A DNA stretch of 64,000 nucleotides, taken from positions 45,880,001 to 45,944,000 of the forward strand of contig JANJGN010000012.1 of the NCBI GenBank assembly GCA_026770705.1, written 5' to 3'. The notes below the pieces were generated by a model. It had not been told where the DNA came from. It saw only the letters and a program-made list of their open reading frames with translations, and made no database searches. The position numbers were made by a program, and so were the translations under genes. Below, piece after piece: positions 10,863 through 23,090 of the stretch (the stretch's first letter is position 1; each line of letters begins with the position of its first letter). Source of the DNA: Isurus oxyrinchus. Lineage: Eukaryota.

Positions 10863-11559
10863 TTAAATTAAACCTTTAAATTATCACTGTATTTCTTGAT
10901 GCTGGTCCTGGATGTCTCAATTTGTGCTGCTTCTGACACCAGTGTTTCTATATATTATTACTGTTTTATTTAATAAGTGCACTCATTTATAATGCCTTTC
11001 TAAAATTTTCTATGAAAGTTGATTTTCCTTTTCTAACAGTTGGTGCAAATAGATTTTTGATCCATATGTGGTGCGGTTTTTTCAAACCGTAATGGAGGGC
11101 AGTCCTGGAGAAAGGGATAAATTCTCCCTCATGGTTGAGCTGTTTTGTTTAACAATTGTGGAATGTTTTCACTATGCGGTACACTGGGATGAATTAAATC
11201 TAAAGAAAGAAATTGCATTTGTATAGCACTTTTTATGTCTTGAAGTCTTTCACACTGAATAGATTTATTTTTAAAGGGCTGTCATTTATAAGCAACTAAA
11301 CACAGCAGCTAATTATCACACAAAGCACCAATGAGATCAATGACTGTGATATTTTATGGTAGTATTGCTTTAAGGATATTGACCTGGACACTGGGGCAAC
11401 AATGTCATGGGGTCATTGCATCCACCTGAACAAGCAGTCTTTTGAGAAAAATTGACTGCTACTGTACTCACTTAGTATTCCACTGAAGTGTTTTCTAGAC
11501 CTATTTCCAGATTCCATATTTCTGTAGTCTGCTCCCATCCCTCACTTGTTTTTCCAGTA

Positions 11560-11850
11560 TGTTCATGACAGTTTTAGTTCCATTTCCTACTCCACTGATG
11601 AACTGGAAAATTTCATCAACCTTGCTCTCAATTTTCTCCTTTCCCTCATCCATACATGACCCATCCATATGTTACTTTGTTTCCCTGTCTCCATTTTTGG
11701 GTACAGACCAATATCCACCATAAAACCACTGCCTCTCACAGCAACCATGACCACAGTTCTTGCTACCCTGCTTTCTGTAAGGGGTCCATGCCAATCTTCC
11801 AGTTTCTCAAGTTCCGAAGAAGAGTCATCTTGGACTCGAAACATTAGCTC
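11560..11850 (+). mobile_element. Degenerate PLE fragment with hammerhead-like motif (~11812-11848)
   Basis: Similar to the RT region of 36331-38403. Motif CCGAAGA-A-GAGTC-ATCTTG-GACTC-GAAAC. Confidence 0.55.
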
Positions 11851-12185
11851 TGGGCAGAATTTTCGGATTGGCGAGCGATGGCGTGCCCGCTGAACTGTCA
11901 AAGGCCTATTTAGGCCATTAAGAAAGTAATTAAAGTTGTTAAGAATGCTGCCCATCCAACCTTAATGTTGGCGGGCAGGCAAAGAGCCCAAGTGGCCTTC
12001 GCATTTATCATGAAACCTCATCCACAGGCGGATGAGGATTATTAATTAAATAAAAAATTTTGAAAAACTTAATGGACATGTCCCAGCTCATGTGACAGTT
12101 TCACATGAGGGGGCATGTCCTTAAATTTCTTTTTTTCCCTTTATTAAATTTTTCTGAACTTAAACTAATCTCCCTGAGGCATAGA
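11851..12185. mobile_element. Harbinger-like non-autonomous element fragment
   Basis: Begins GGGCAGAATTTTC, the same TIR type as the 1612 and 23090 termini. No coding capacity seen. Confidence 0.45.
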
Positions 12186-12186
12186 G

Positions 12187-12760
12187 GTTGCCCCATAGTC
12201 TTTGCACTATCCAGTGCCTTCAGCCATTTCTTGATATCATGTGGAGTGAATCGAACACCGGCATCTGTGATGATGGGGTCCTCCGGAGGAGGCCGAGATG
12301 GATCATCCACTTGGCACCTCTGGCTTAAGATTGTAGCAAATGCTTCAGCCTTATCTTTTGCACTGGCTGTGCTGGGCTCCATCATTGAGGATGAGGATAT
12401 TTGTGGAGACTCCTCATCCAGTGAGTTGTTTAATTGTCCATCACCATTCACGACTGGATATGGCAGGACTGCAGAGCTTAGATCTGACCTGTTGGTTGTG
12501 GGATCGCTTAGCTCTGTCTCTCACTTGCTGTTTTTGCTGTTTGGCATGCAAGTAGTCCTGTGTTATAGGTTCACCAGATTGTCACCTCATTTTTTGGTAT
12601 GCCTGATGCTGCTCCTGGCATGCCCTCCTGCTTTCTTCTGGTTTGATGATAATGCTAGAGTGGGGTTACAGATTGAGTTTGAGTACAATTCTGCTGCTGC
12701 TGATGGCCCACAGCGCCTCATATCCAGTCTTGAGTTGATACATCTGTTTGAAATCTATCT
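12187..12760 (-). mobile_element. APE-RT LINE (second family) internal fragment
   Basis: SAKDKAEAFATILSQRCQVDDPSRPPPE..FTPHDIKKWLKALD, matching 29510-29700 and 44140-44310. Confidence 0.85.
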
Positions 12761-12824
12761 GAAATGATCCTAAGCTTTTCTCTAACTTGATACAAGCATG
12801 TGTTTTGTCTGGTTTTGATTGCAG

Positions 12825-13147
12825 CTCAGCAACTCCCTGATCCTTCGGTAAAACTCCTTGGACCTTCAGCTAATGAGGTGTCCATAAAAACAGCTGGCAT
12901 GTTAGTTTGCCTGGTCAGCAAACGGTCCATGGGCTTTACTCTGGTCAGCTGGACAGTCGATGAGAGCCTGACGAGAAGTGAGGTCCAAACCAGCATTGTG
13001 TCGCAGAAATCAGACAACACTTTCAGCCTCAGCAGTTACCTGACAGTCCTTGGCAGAGATTGGAGCAGTGGGAAGGTGTACTCCTATACAGTTCAACAAG
13101 GAACAGCTTCAAAAACAACTGCAACTGCCTCACAATCCAATTGTTAA
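12825..13147 (+). pseudogene. Ig light-chain constant exon C1 (open frame, second intradomain Cys>Tyr)
   Basis: Acceptor TTGCAG, then AQQLPDPSVKLLGPS..LVCLV..VSWTVD..FSLSSYLTV..DWSSGKVYSYTVQQG..SNC*. TAT at 13085-13087 where C2 has TGT. The terminal Cys is retained. AATAAA at 13499-13504. Confidence 0.92.
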
Positions 13148-13604
13148 ATAGATCAAAGTTTCGCTTGTGTCTTTTGCCTGAATAGTGAGAATATGTCACT
13201 TTGACTTCCTCCACCTTTATCCACCCTCTACCCTGGCAACTGCCACATTTTGTGTTTCTGTTTTGCTTTGTGTGATTCTGCTGTATCATTTGAAGTGTTT
13301 GCACCTGAGGTAGGTTTTGTTCAGTCTCTCTGATTGCAAGAACTACACCAGGGTTAAAGTGACCAGGTATTTGGTTCCAATCAGGAATTTCAGTTCAAAT
13401 GGGTGGTTTACAAAGCACCAGTGCTGGATTTAATGAAAACAGTTTATGATCAGCCAATAGCATCAGATTAGTAATGACTGTCACTGAGTGTAATATTCAA
13501 TAAAGAGAATCTGTGCAAGAAATATTTCTGTGTGTATGTTATGTCACATTTTGTGATCATTCCCATCCCCATCCCTCACCCCACCAAATGGTTTAGATCT
13601 GAGC

Positions 13605-13975
13605 AGCACAATGGCAGCGGTGTATACCATCTAGCCGATGCACTGCAACAACTCGACAACACCTTCCAAACTCAAGACTCCTATCACCGAGAAGAATAAA
13701 GGCAGCAGATGAATGGGAACATCACCCATCTGCAAGTTCCTGTCCAAGTCAACACCTCATCCTGACTTGGAACTATTTTGTCATTCCTTCACTGCCACTG
13801 GATCAAGATCCTGGAACTCCACTCCTAACAGCACTGTAGGTATATCCACACCACATAGACTTCAGGGATTTAGGAAGGTGGCTCAGCAGCACCTTCTCAA
13901 GGACAATTAACATTGGAAAATAAATGTTGGCCCAGCCAGCGATGCTCGTGTCCCATGAAAGAATTTTTAAAAAAG
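13605..13975 (+). mobile_element. APE-RT LINE (second family) 3' end fragment
   Basis: Matches 45770-46145, including the tail ...ccagcgatgctcgtgtcccatgaaagaat. Confidence 0.8.
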
Positions 13976-14519
13976 ATTCAACACTTTGCTCCAGTCCTGA
14001 TGCAGTTCCACATATTCAGGAACGTTTTGGGAAGTCAGACAGGATGTAATCAAAATCTTTCAAAGGTCCTTCCTTGGATATGGGAGTTGGGTCAGATGCC
14101 TGGAAAGTGGCTACTAGAGCATTTATTTATAAACGAACAAACTAGGGAATTATAGAGTGGTCAGAGTGGTCAGCAGGTGTGGTAAACTTCTGGATCCCAC
14201 AATATAAGATGAATTAATGTTCACCTGGAGATACAGGCTCATTAGCCAGATATCTTTCATAAAAGTCAAGTCGCATCTGACACATGTAAATATATTTAAT
14301 GAGGAGACAGCCTATTGACAAGGAAATACAGTAGACGCTCTGTAAACAGACTTTCAAAAGGGGTTGATAAGGTGCAATATACAAGACATAGTAAACTTAG
14401 AGTGAGTGTGGCAACATTAAAACGACAGAAGAGATTTGTGGCTAATGGGTGTTTATTTCCCTGGAGGAAGAAATGAACTGTAGTGTTTAGCTATTGGTCC
14501 AATAAATAGATACACGGCA

Positions 14520-15620
14520 GGGCATCTCAGTCCCATTGAATCATGTGTCATGTGGGAATTCTAGGACATTTCGCATGTCTTAGACTGCCACAAGTGCCAT
14601 CAGCTGGAGGCAATTGACCTCCTGGGTGTAGCATCATTACAGTGCATCTGTGAGGCTGAGAGCTACATGGATGGCAAGTTGCAGGAGGTGGTCAGCATAC
14701 AGCTTAAGACTGTGCATGTAGAGAGGGAATGAGCAACCACCAGGCAGGCAAGGAGGACCAAGCAATTGATTAGGAGTTCTTTGAGTTCATCTTGCCTTCC
14801 AACCAGTACTCAGTTCTGAATACTGGTGAAGGCAATGTTTCCTCTCGGGAGTGCAACCGGTGCAAAGTCCGCAACACCATGGGTAGCTCAGTGTACAGGG
14901 GGTGGGTGGAAGGTTAGAAAGAAGATTCTATAGCTAGGGGAACAGACAAGCTTTTCTTTGGCTGCAGTTATGATTCCAGGGTGGTATGTTGACACATTAG
15001 GTTATAAGGACAAAGATGCCACTGAATGGCAGCAGAGCATTCTGAGGGGATGTGCAAACTGCCAGAGGTCATGTTCCATATCAGTGCCAATGACATAAGT
15101 AGAAAGAGGGATGAAGTCCTGCAGGCAGATTTTAGGGAGCTTGGAGATAATTAAATAAACTGGAGCTCAATGGTGATAATTTCTGGATTACTCTTGGTGC
15201 CATATGTTAATGAGTGTAGAAGTTGGAAGATAGTGCAAATGAATGCATGTCTGGAGAGATGGTTCAGGAAGGAGGGATTCCTTGGACATTGGGACAGGTT
15301 CTTGTGTTGGTGAAACCTATACAAGACTGACAGGTTACACCTCAGCAGAGCCGGGAACAATTTCACTGCAGGGAGGTTTGCTCATACTGTTGAATATGAT
15401 TTAAACTAGCTTGGTGGGGGTTGGGAACCTGAGCAAATATTCAGAAAGGAGCTGGAAGCAAAGCTGGAAATGGAAGGCAGAGAATTGGTAAGTGAATATG
15501 GAAGACAATGGGAACAAAGCAAGGGAATAGACAGCAAAGGATCTGGGGATTACTTAATGGTATGTATTCCAATGCAAGGGATCTGGTGAATAAGACAAAT
15601 GAGCTGAGGGTGCAGATAAT
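14520..15620 (+). mobile_element. Old CR1 ORF1 fragment
   Basis: Nucleotide similarity to the ORF1 of 9900-10860 (e.g. aatgacataagtagaaagagggatgaagtcctg; ataatttctggattactc). Confidence 0.7.
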
Positions 15621-16297
15621 ATTGCAACTGAAATTTATTTCTTTTAATTTCAAGAAATAAATATATAGGAAACAAGTTGTATCAGCAGAGGAAATACCAA
15701 CAGCGTGTTTAATTCTCAGATACTTATAAGTTCTCCCTGAGACTAAAAGATCAAAGAGCTTTGAGATTCTTAAATCCTTTGTCTTAGTCCTCTACATGAG
15801 TTTTGCTGATTGAATGAATGGAGTAGTTTCACAACACATTTCAATTTTGTGTCAGCCATAAGGGGAGATTTGCTAGGGTCTGCAACAGGGCACACTGAAA
15901 TCTTGGGCTATCCAGAAAGCTGGGAAGGTCAAAGCCCACACCTGTAAAGCAACTTCCTCTCGCTGTCCCCCATAACTGCACTCCCACCCCCACTTAACCC
16001 CCCTTCATCTGGTTTTCTTCTGGCTCCATCTATTTCTGATATTTAGGGTCTCCAGCTGACAATTGCCTCAATCTGACTCGAAATGACCTCAACTCAGTGT
16101 GCAGAGGCAAAATCAGACCTCTGACCTCTCTGAATTAAGCAAGAGCTCATTAAATGCCAATGAAAGCTATTACCTTGATTGAGAAACTGCTTTCTTTGGC
16201 TTGGAAACCTGGGTCACAGTATGACCCACATCACCTATATTGTATTGGGATTTAGTTCCTAAGAGGCTTTGGTTTGCTTATGGAAACCATTGTGAGC

Positions 16298-17371
16298 TGT
16301 CATGACTGTGGATCCTATCCCCAAATTATTTATGGACATATTAGACTTTTAAGTGAGATGTGTTTTTTTTTTAAAAAGGACATACGAACAAAAACTGGCT
16401 GAGACTGTAAGGTAACCACTTGCAGGGAAATTCTTATGCAATTACTTGACCAACTAGTTCAGAGAGGTTGGAATGTCACACTTAAAAGGTGTGACATGAT
16501 CTACTTCAGACAGAGGCACTTCAAAGGAAAAGATATAAAGCAAACAGAACTGTAATCTTCTGTGGTTGCAGAGATAATAGAAAATGATTACCATCTCAAC
16601 CAAAACCACCTTCTGTTGAATTATATGCCAGAGTATGAATGTGAACTGTGTTGAAAATAAAGCAGATCTGGGTGGAAGATATGTTTGTTTTTCCCTTCCA
16701 GGGCTACTCAAGGAAAGGGGTATAAAAAAGCCAATTGCAACCCTAATTCTGCGTGCTAGACTGTTGTTCTGTTCTGGTGTGTTTGTGCTTTGAAGGTCAC
16801 AGCTGAAGAACACCAATTGGGCATCCCTGTGCTTGCAGGTAAAAAAGTCCTCTCTTTCTCTGATTGCTGGAACCAAGTCACAAGTCAGCAAAGCCACAGT
16901 CAAAAAGGAAACAGGGCAACTCCTTTCAGCTAACCTGCAGAACCAAGAATCTCCAAACCAACTGCCAAAGTCAGCTCTACCGGAATCATCCCAACTTAAT
17001 GGCCATAAAATGCCACCATCTCCTCCTCACGGACAAAGCAAAGGACTAATTGGTATATCTTTTTAACTTTTATTTTTGGACTCAATTTCTCATTTCTAAT
17101 CTGTATGTGAAGGTGTGTTGTGTTTTTTAAATCATTTTTCCTTGTGTTTAGTAACTAATAAACTCACTCTTTTGACTCAGGACAGCCTGGTTAAATTGGT
17201 TCCTTTTAAAACATAAATACATTTGGACTGAGAAAAGGTATCTTCCTGGGAAAGGATCCCATTTCAAATTAATCTTGTTGCGACTGAGGAGGTTGAATAA
17301 AAAAGGGAGCCAGTTCATCCCCCCTCACCCGGGAGCACAACAATTTGGGGTACTTCGGTCAGATCATAACA
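16298..17371 (+). mobile_element. Probable LTR of an LTR retroelement
   Basis: Inverted termini TGTCATGA...TCATAACA, a TATA-like GTATAAAAA at ~16720 and AATAAA at ~17157. It is followed by AATTTGGG (degenerate PBS-like) and purine-rich internal-type sequence. No TSD verified. Confidence 0.5.
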
Positions 17372-18669
17372 AATTTGGGAAACCTCACCTGGGCACTGGT
17401 TGTAACAGAGCAAAGGACAATGTTTTGTCAGAGAAAGCCTGAACAAAAACAGTGTGCACCATGGGAAAGGAATCCGCACTCCCTGTCTGTCCAACTCAAA
17501 GTGCATTTTGGTAAAATGAAACAATTTGAGAAACTTTGGAGAAGGAAAAGAGTACCGTGGGGAGAGGAAGATAAGGTAACTCAAAAAATGTAGATAACGT
17601 TGGGCTTAAAACTAATGGATTATAGGAGGAAGGAGAGACTTAGGAGTTTCACATTTCTGAAATGCTGGAAAGGAAGAGTTAAAATGGGGGATATTGTGAT
17701 GAATTTTGATTTTGGCAGGGTGACAATGCAGGAAGAATCATTGGAATGTGTGATAAGACAATTTGGATACAGTAGTGTTCCAGTCTATCTTAATGACATG
17801 GATGACTCCAAGACTGAATTAGTGACCTCAGATGGGCCCTGCTGTAATAAGGGAATGATTTTCAATCTAAGCTTTTTATAGTCAGGCCTATGAGATTAAC
17901 CCCCATGAGGCTGGAAAATGCTATATTTTGCTCTGCTCTTTTCTTTGAGCTCACCCAAGAGGATGCTGACACTGATTTCGGTGTCAGTGATGTATATAGT
18001 CTAACCTCAGAGATATGCTGATCTCAAGCCCTCGAGCCAGCGTACAATTCTCACTTCTTCATAATTGCGGTGTCAAACAGGATGTGGATTTTTGGCCCAG
18101 GGTATATTTCTATAGGTTTGTTTTGGGAATTGTTCATTTATATCCAACTACCATAAAGAACCAGTTTGGAAAAACTGACCAAATTAAATTCCACTACCAG
18201 ATATATTTTCTTTAAGGGAGCTGACAGAGATGGTGGATTGGAAAATGTGATGTATGTAGAACTTTCAGAAAGCCTTTGATATATTACCACATAGGAGACA
18301 ATGGATAAGATTAGAGGATAATGGAATTCATGAGAGGATAGCAAATTGGATGAAAACTAATGAGAAGGATGGGAACTGACATTGAAATTATTCCCTCTCT
18401 GGCCACTTAGGAAGCAGAGGCAGCAGTGGAAGCTGGTAAATCAGAGCAGGGAAAGAGCGCGGTGCTTCCATAGTGTATTCGAGGTGCCTGACTCCAGACA
18501 CACAGCAATATGGATGATTCTTAGCTTCCCTCTGAAATGACCTAGCAAACCATTCAGTTGTACTCACAAATACTTCTCAAAGGCAATAGGGATTGGCAAT
18601 AAATACTGGCTTTTTCCTGTGAATATACTAAAATGCTACTTATTGTTATTATTGAGATATATAACATAA

Positions 18670-21600
18670 GGGGCTAAAGTTTTGTAAAGTTGGGAAACTC
18701 AGCAGAGATTTAATAATGGCGAGCAGGACCCTGATGTGGAAGCACCACCCCATTTCCAACAGATCCAATTTTTGCCAGTGGGGGAAAAGTGGATTGGTGT
18801 GAATCACATAAGAGGGAAACCTGAACTCAGCAGGACCATTTTAACTTAGTGCTGAGTTCAAACAGACCCTAGTTTGGCTGTTTCAAGGGTCTTAACCTAC
18901 AGTGTGGGAGTCACAAATTGATGGAGTAGATGTCAACATTCTTGAGGGGCCAATAAGGTCTGTTTAAGTGTCATGATCTGAAGTTTTTTAAAAGACCTGC
19001 TTTTTAAACATTAAAAAAACAGGCTCCAGCTGTCTGTGAAAGTTTAAAAAAAACCTCTGCTCTGACTGCTTTGATTAACAGGCATAGGCTAGAAAGAAAA
19101 GTAGCATCTGTTTGTGCAGTTTCAATAGTGCTCTTTGTTGACATTTCTCCAAGAGCTATCATTATATCATTAGGAATGGCTGAGTTTCAAAAGCTACAAT
19201 TATCTCAGCAGCAGTTCCTGAGTTCACATTTTGATCGATAGTTTAAAGCATCTGTTAAAGGTTTATCTGTTTTTGATGTGGGGTCTGATTAGAAGTTTGT
19301 TTCTTTTTATAAGAGAATAACCACTTGAGGAGATTTAAAAGCTTTGAATGCCTTTATGAATGGGAATTTTTTTCGTTATCAAGTGCGTGGGAGTGAGAGC
19401 TGTGTTAAATTTTTTTACTATTTGTTCACAGGATGTGGATGTCGCTGGCTAGGCCAGCATTTATTTCCCTTCCCTAATTGCCCTTAAGGAGATGGTGGTG
19501 AGCTGGCTTCTTGAACCGCTTCAGTTCATGTGGTGTAGGTACATCCACAGTGCTGTTAGGAAGGAACTTCCAGGATTGTGTCCCAGCGACAGTGAAGGAA
19601 CGGCGATATGGTTCAAGTCAGGAAAGTGCGTGGCTTGGAGAGGAACTTGGAGATGGTGGTGTTCCATGCATCTGCTGCCCTTGTCCTTCTAGGTGGTAGT
19701 GGTCACGGGTCTGGAAGGTGCTGTTGAAAGAGTCGTGGTGAGTTTCTGCAGTGCACTTGTAGATGGTATACACTGCTGCTACTGTGCATAAGTGGTGGAG
19801 AGAGAGAATGTTTGATGTGGTGGATGGGCTGTCAATCAGGCGGGCTGCTTTGTCCTGGATGGTGCCGAATGTCTTGAGTGTTGTGGGAGCTGCACTCATC
19901 CAGGCAAGTGGAGACTATTTCATCGCACTCATGACTTGTGCCTTGTAGATGGTGGATAGGCTTTGGGCAGTCAGGAGGTAAGTTACTTGCTGCAGGATTC
20001 CTAGCCTCTGACCTGCTCTTGCAGCCATAGTATTTATATGGCTAGTCCAGTTTCTGGACTAATGTAACCCCCAGGATGTTGATAGTGGGGGTTCAGTGAT
20101 GACAATGCCATTGAATGTCAAGGGGTGATGGTTAGATTCTCTCTTGTTGGAGACGGTCATTGCCTGGTACTTGTGTGGCATGAATGTTACTTACCACTTA
20201 TCAGCCCAAGCCTGAATGTTGCCCAGGTCTGCTGCACATGGACATGAACTGCTTCAGTATCTGAGCAGTCGCAAATGTTGCTGAACATTGTGCAATCATC
20301 AGTGATCATCCCCACATCTGACCTTATGATCAAATGAAGGTCATTAATGAAGCTGCTGAAGATATTTGAGCCGAGGACGCTACTTGAGTAACTCCTGCAG
20401 TGATGTCCTGCAACAGAGATGATTGACCTCCAACAGCCACAACCATCTTCCTTTGTGCTAGGTATGACTCCAACCAGCAGACAGTATTCCCTCTGATTCC
20501 TTTTGACTTCAGTTTTGCTAGAGCTCTTGATGCCACACTCGGTCAAATGCTGCCTTGATATCAAGGGCAGTCACTCTCGCCCCATCTCTGGAGTTCAGCT
20601 CTTTTATCCACGTTTGAACCAAGGTTGTAATGAGATCTGGAGCTGAGTGGTCCTGGCAGAACCTAAACTGAGTGGCAGTGAGCAGGATGTTGCTGAGTAA
20701 GTGCCGCCTGATAGCACTGTCCATCACCCCTTCCCTCAATTTACTGATGAACAAGAATAGACTCATGGGCCGGTAAATGGCCAGGTTCAATATGTCCTAC
20801 TTCTTGTGTACAGGACATACCTGGGCAATTTTCCAAGTTGTCAGGTAGATGCCAGTGTTGTAGCTGTACTTGAACAGCTTGGCTAGAGGCAAAGCGAGTT
20901 CCGGAGCACAAGTCTTCAGTACTATTGCTGGCATGTTGTCAGGGTCCGTAGCCTTTTCAGTATGCAGTGACTTCAGTTATTTCTTGATATCACATGGAGT
21001 GAATTGAATTGGCTGAACACTGGCATCTATAATGCTGGGGACCCCAGGAGGAGGCCCGAGGTGGACCATCCACTTAGCACTTTGGCTGAAGCTTGTAGCA
21101 AATGCCTCAGCCTTGTCTTTTGCGCTGATGTGCTGGGCTCACCCATCATTGAGGACAGAGATATTTGTGGAGCCTCCTCCTCCTGTTAGTTATTTAATTG
21201 TTCACCATTGTTCATGACTGGATGTGCCTTAACTGCAGAGTTTAGATCTGTTTGGCATGCAAGCAGTCCTGGGTTATAGCTTCACCAAGTTGACACCTCA
21301 TTTTAGGTATGCCTGGTGCTGCTCCTGGCATGTGCTCCTGCACTGTTCACTGAACCAGGGTTAATCCCCCAGTTTGATGGTAATGGCAGATTGGGGGATA
21401 TGCCAGGCCATGAATTTACAGATTGTGGTTGAATACAATGCTGCTGATGGCCTACAGCGCCTCATGGTTGCCCAGTTTTGAGTTGCTAGATCTGTCTGAA
21501 ATTTATCCCATTTAACACGGAGGTGGTGTCACACACATGATGGAGGGTATCCTCAATGCGGAGATGGTACTTCAGCTCCAGAGGACTGTGTGGTTGTCAC

Positions 21601-23090
21601 TAACACCAATAGTGTCATGGACAGATGCATCTTGGACAGGTAGATTGATGAGGATGAGGTCAAGTAGGTTTTCCCTCTTGTCATCACCTGTCACAGCCCA
21701 GTCTAGCAGTTATGTTCTTCAGGACCCTGCCAGCTCCTTCAGTAGTGGTATTACCAAGAAACTTTTGGTGATGGACATAGAAGTCCCCCACCCAGAGTAC
21801 ATTCTGTCCCCTGGCCGTCCTCAGTATTTCTTCCAATTGCTATTCAACATGGGGGAGTACTTATTTATCAGCTGCAGGAGTGACGGTACGTGGTAATCAG
21901 CAGGAGGAGTCATTGCCCACGTTTGACTTGATGCCCTGAGACCTCATGGGGTCCAAAACCAATTTTGAGGACTCCCAAAGCAAATTGCATTTGACTATAT
22001 ATTACTGTCCTATCACTTCTGGTGTGTCTATCCTGGCGGTGGGATAGGACATACCCAAGGATGGTGATGGTGCTCTCTGGGGCCTAGTCATGCTTGTGGA
22101 ATCAGACCTTGTAGTCAATGTCATGCTGTTGCTTGACAAGTCTGTGGGCAGCTTTTCCAATTTTGGCACTAGCCTCCAGATATTAGTAAGGAGGACTTTG
22201 TGAGGTTGCTGAACATTCTGTTGTTGTTTCTGGTGCTTAGATCAATGCTGGACAGTTCATCAGTTCCATTCCTTTTAGACTTCATAGAGGTTTGATACAA
22301 CTGAATGGTTTGCTAGGCCATTTCAGAGGGCAGTTAAGAGTCAATCTGACTGTTGTGGGTCTGGAGTCACATGTAGGACAGGCCAGGTAAGGATGGCAGA
22401 TTTCCTTTCCTAAAGGCATGAGTGAACCAGATGGGTTTTTACAACAATAGGTGATAGTTGTCATGGTCACCTTCACGGAGACAGGCTTCTAATTCCAGAT
22501 TGTTTTTATTGTTGAATTCTAATTCCTTTGATTGTTAGAAGTTAATACTTTTCAATTGCACATGCCTCCTGAGCTTTGCCCATGGTGGATAGTGGATGAG
22601 TGGCTATGGAGGTGACATGGAGGGTATGAGGGACCATGATGATGGGAGGTGGGGCATGAGTGGGCATTGAATTGGCATGGAAGGTATTAAGTGCCATGGG
22701 GATAGATGGGGGCTTGAGTTGGCATGGAGGGTATGAAGGGGCATGACGGTGGGTGGAAGGGTTAAGAGGTGTGAGGGGTGAAGGTTAAGGGGTAAAGGGA
22801 GGCATGGGAGCTGGGTAGGGGGTAAGGGCTAAAGGGCTGAACAGCTTTAAAACAACTGGGATGAAGCCCCAGAGAACCAAGGCAAGCCTTGTAACCAGCC
22901 TGCCTAGGCACTTGCCCAACTCCCATGCTCTGCCTCCAAGGTCAGCGGGCCCAACTCTATCCAACAGCTGCAGCCCCCACCACCCCTGGGAGCATAAATT
23001 GTGCATTTTGGGATGCTTTTTACCCAGGTGGGTCTGACGAGTTGGGAAATTTCCCACCTGGATCTAGTGGGAATATCCAAAATCCGGCCC
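18670..23090. mobile_element. Non-autonomous Harbinger-like element copy A (interrupted by LINE 19410-22522)
   Basis: TAA|GGGGCTAAAGTTTT ... AAAATCCGGCCC|TTA. Internal blocks are homologous to 23091-23666 and 24845-25300. Confidence 0.5.
19410..22522 (-). mobile_element. APE-RT LINE (second family), near full length, degenerate
   Basis: VTALDIKAAFDRVWH, WLESYLAQRKMVVAVGGQSS. SINE-like 5' region at 22280-22520 and 3' tail at ~19420. Confidence 0.9.

Noticed and set aside
11030-11200. Weak similarity to ~39990-40210 as a candidate J-C intronic enhancer
   Set aside because: Similarity is low, is explained by the cluster duplication, and shows no convincing motif cluster.
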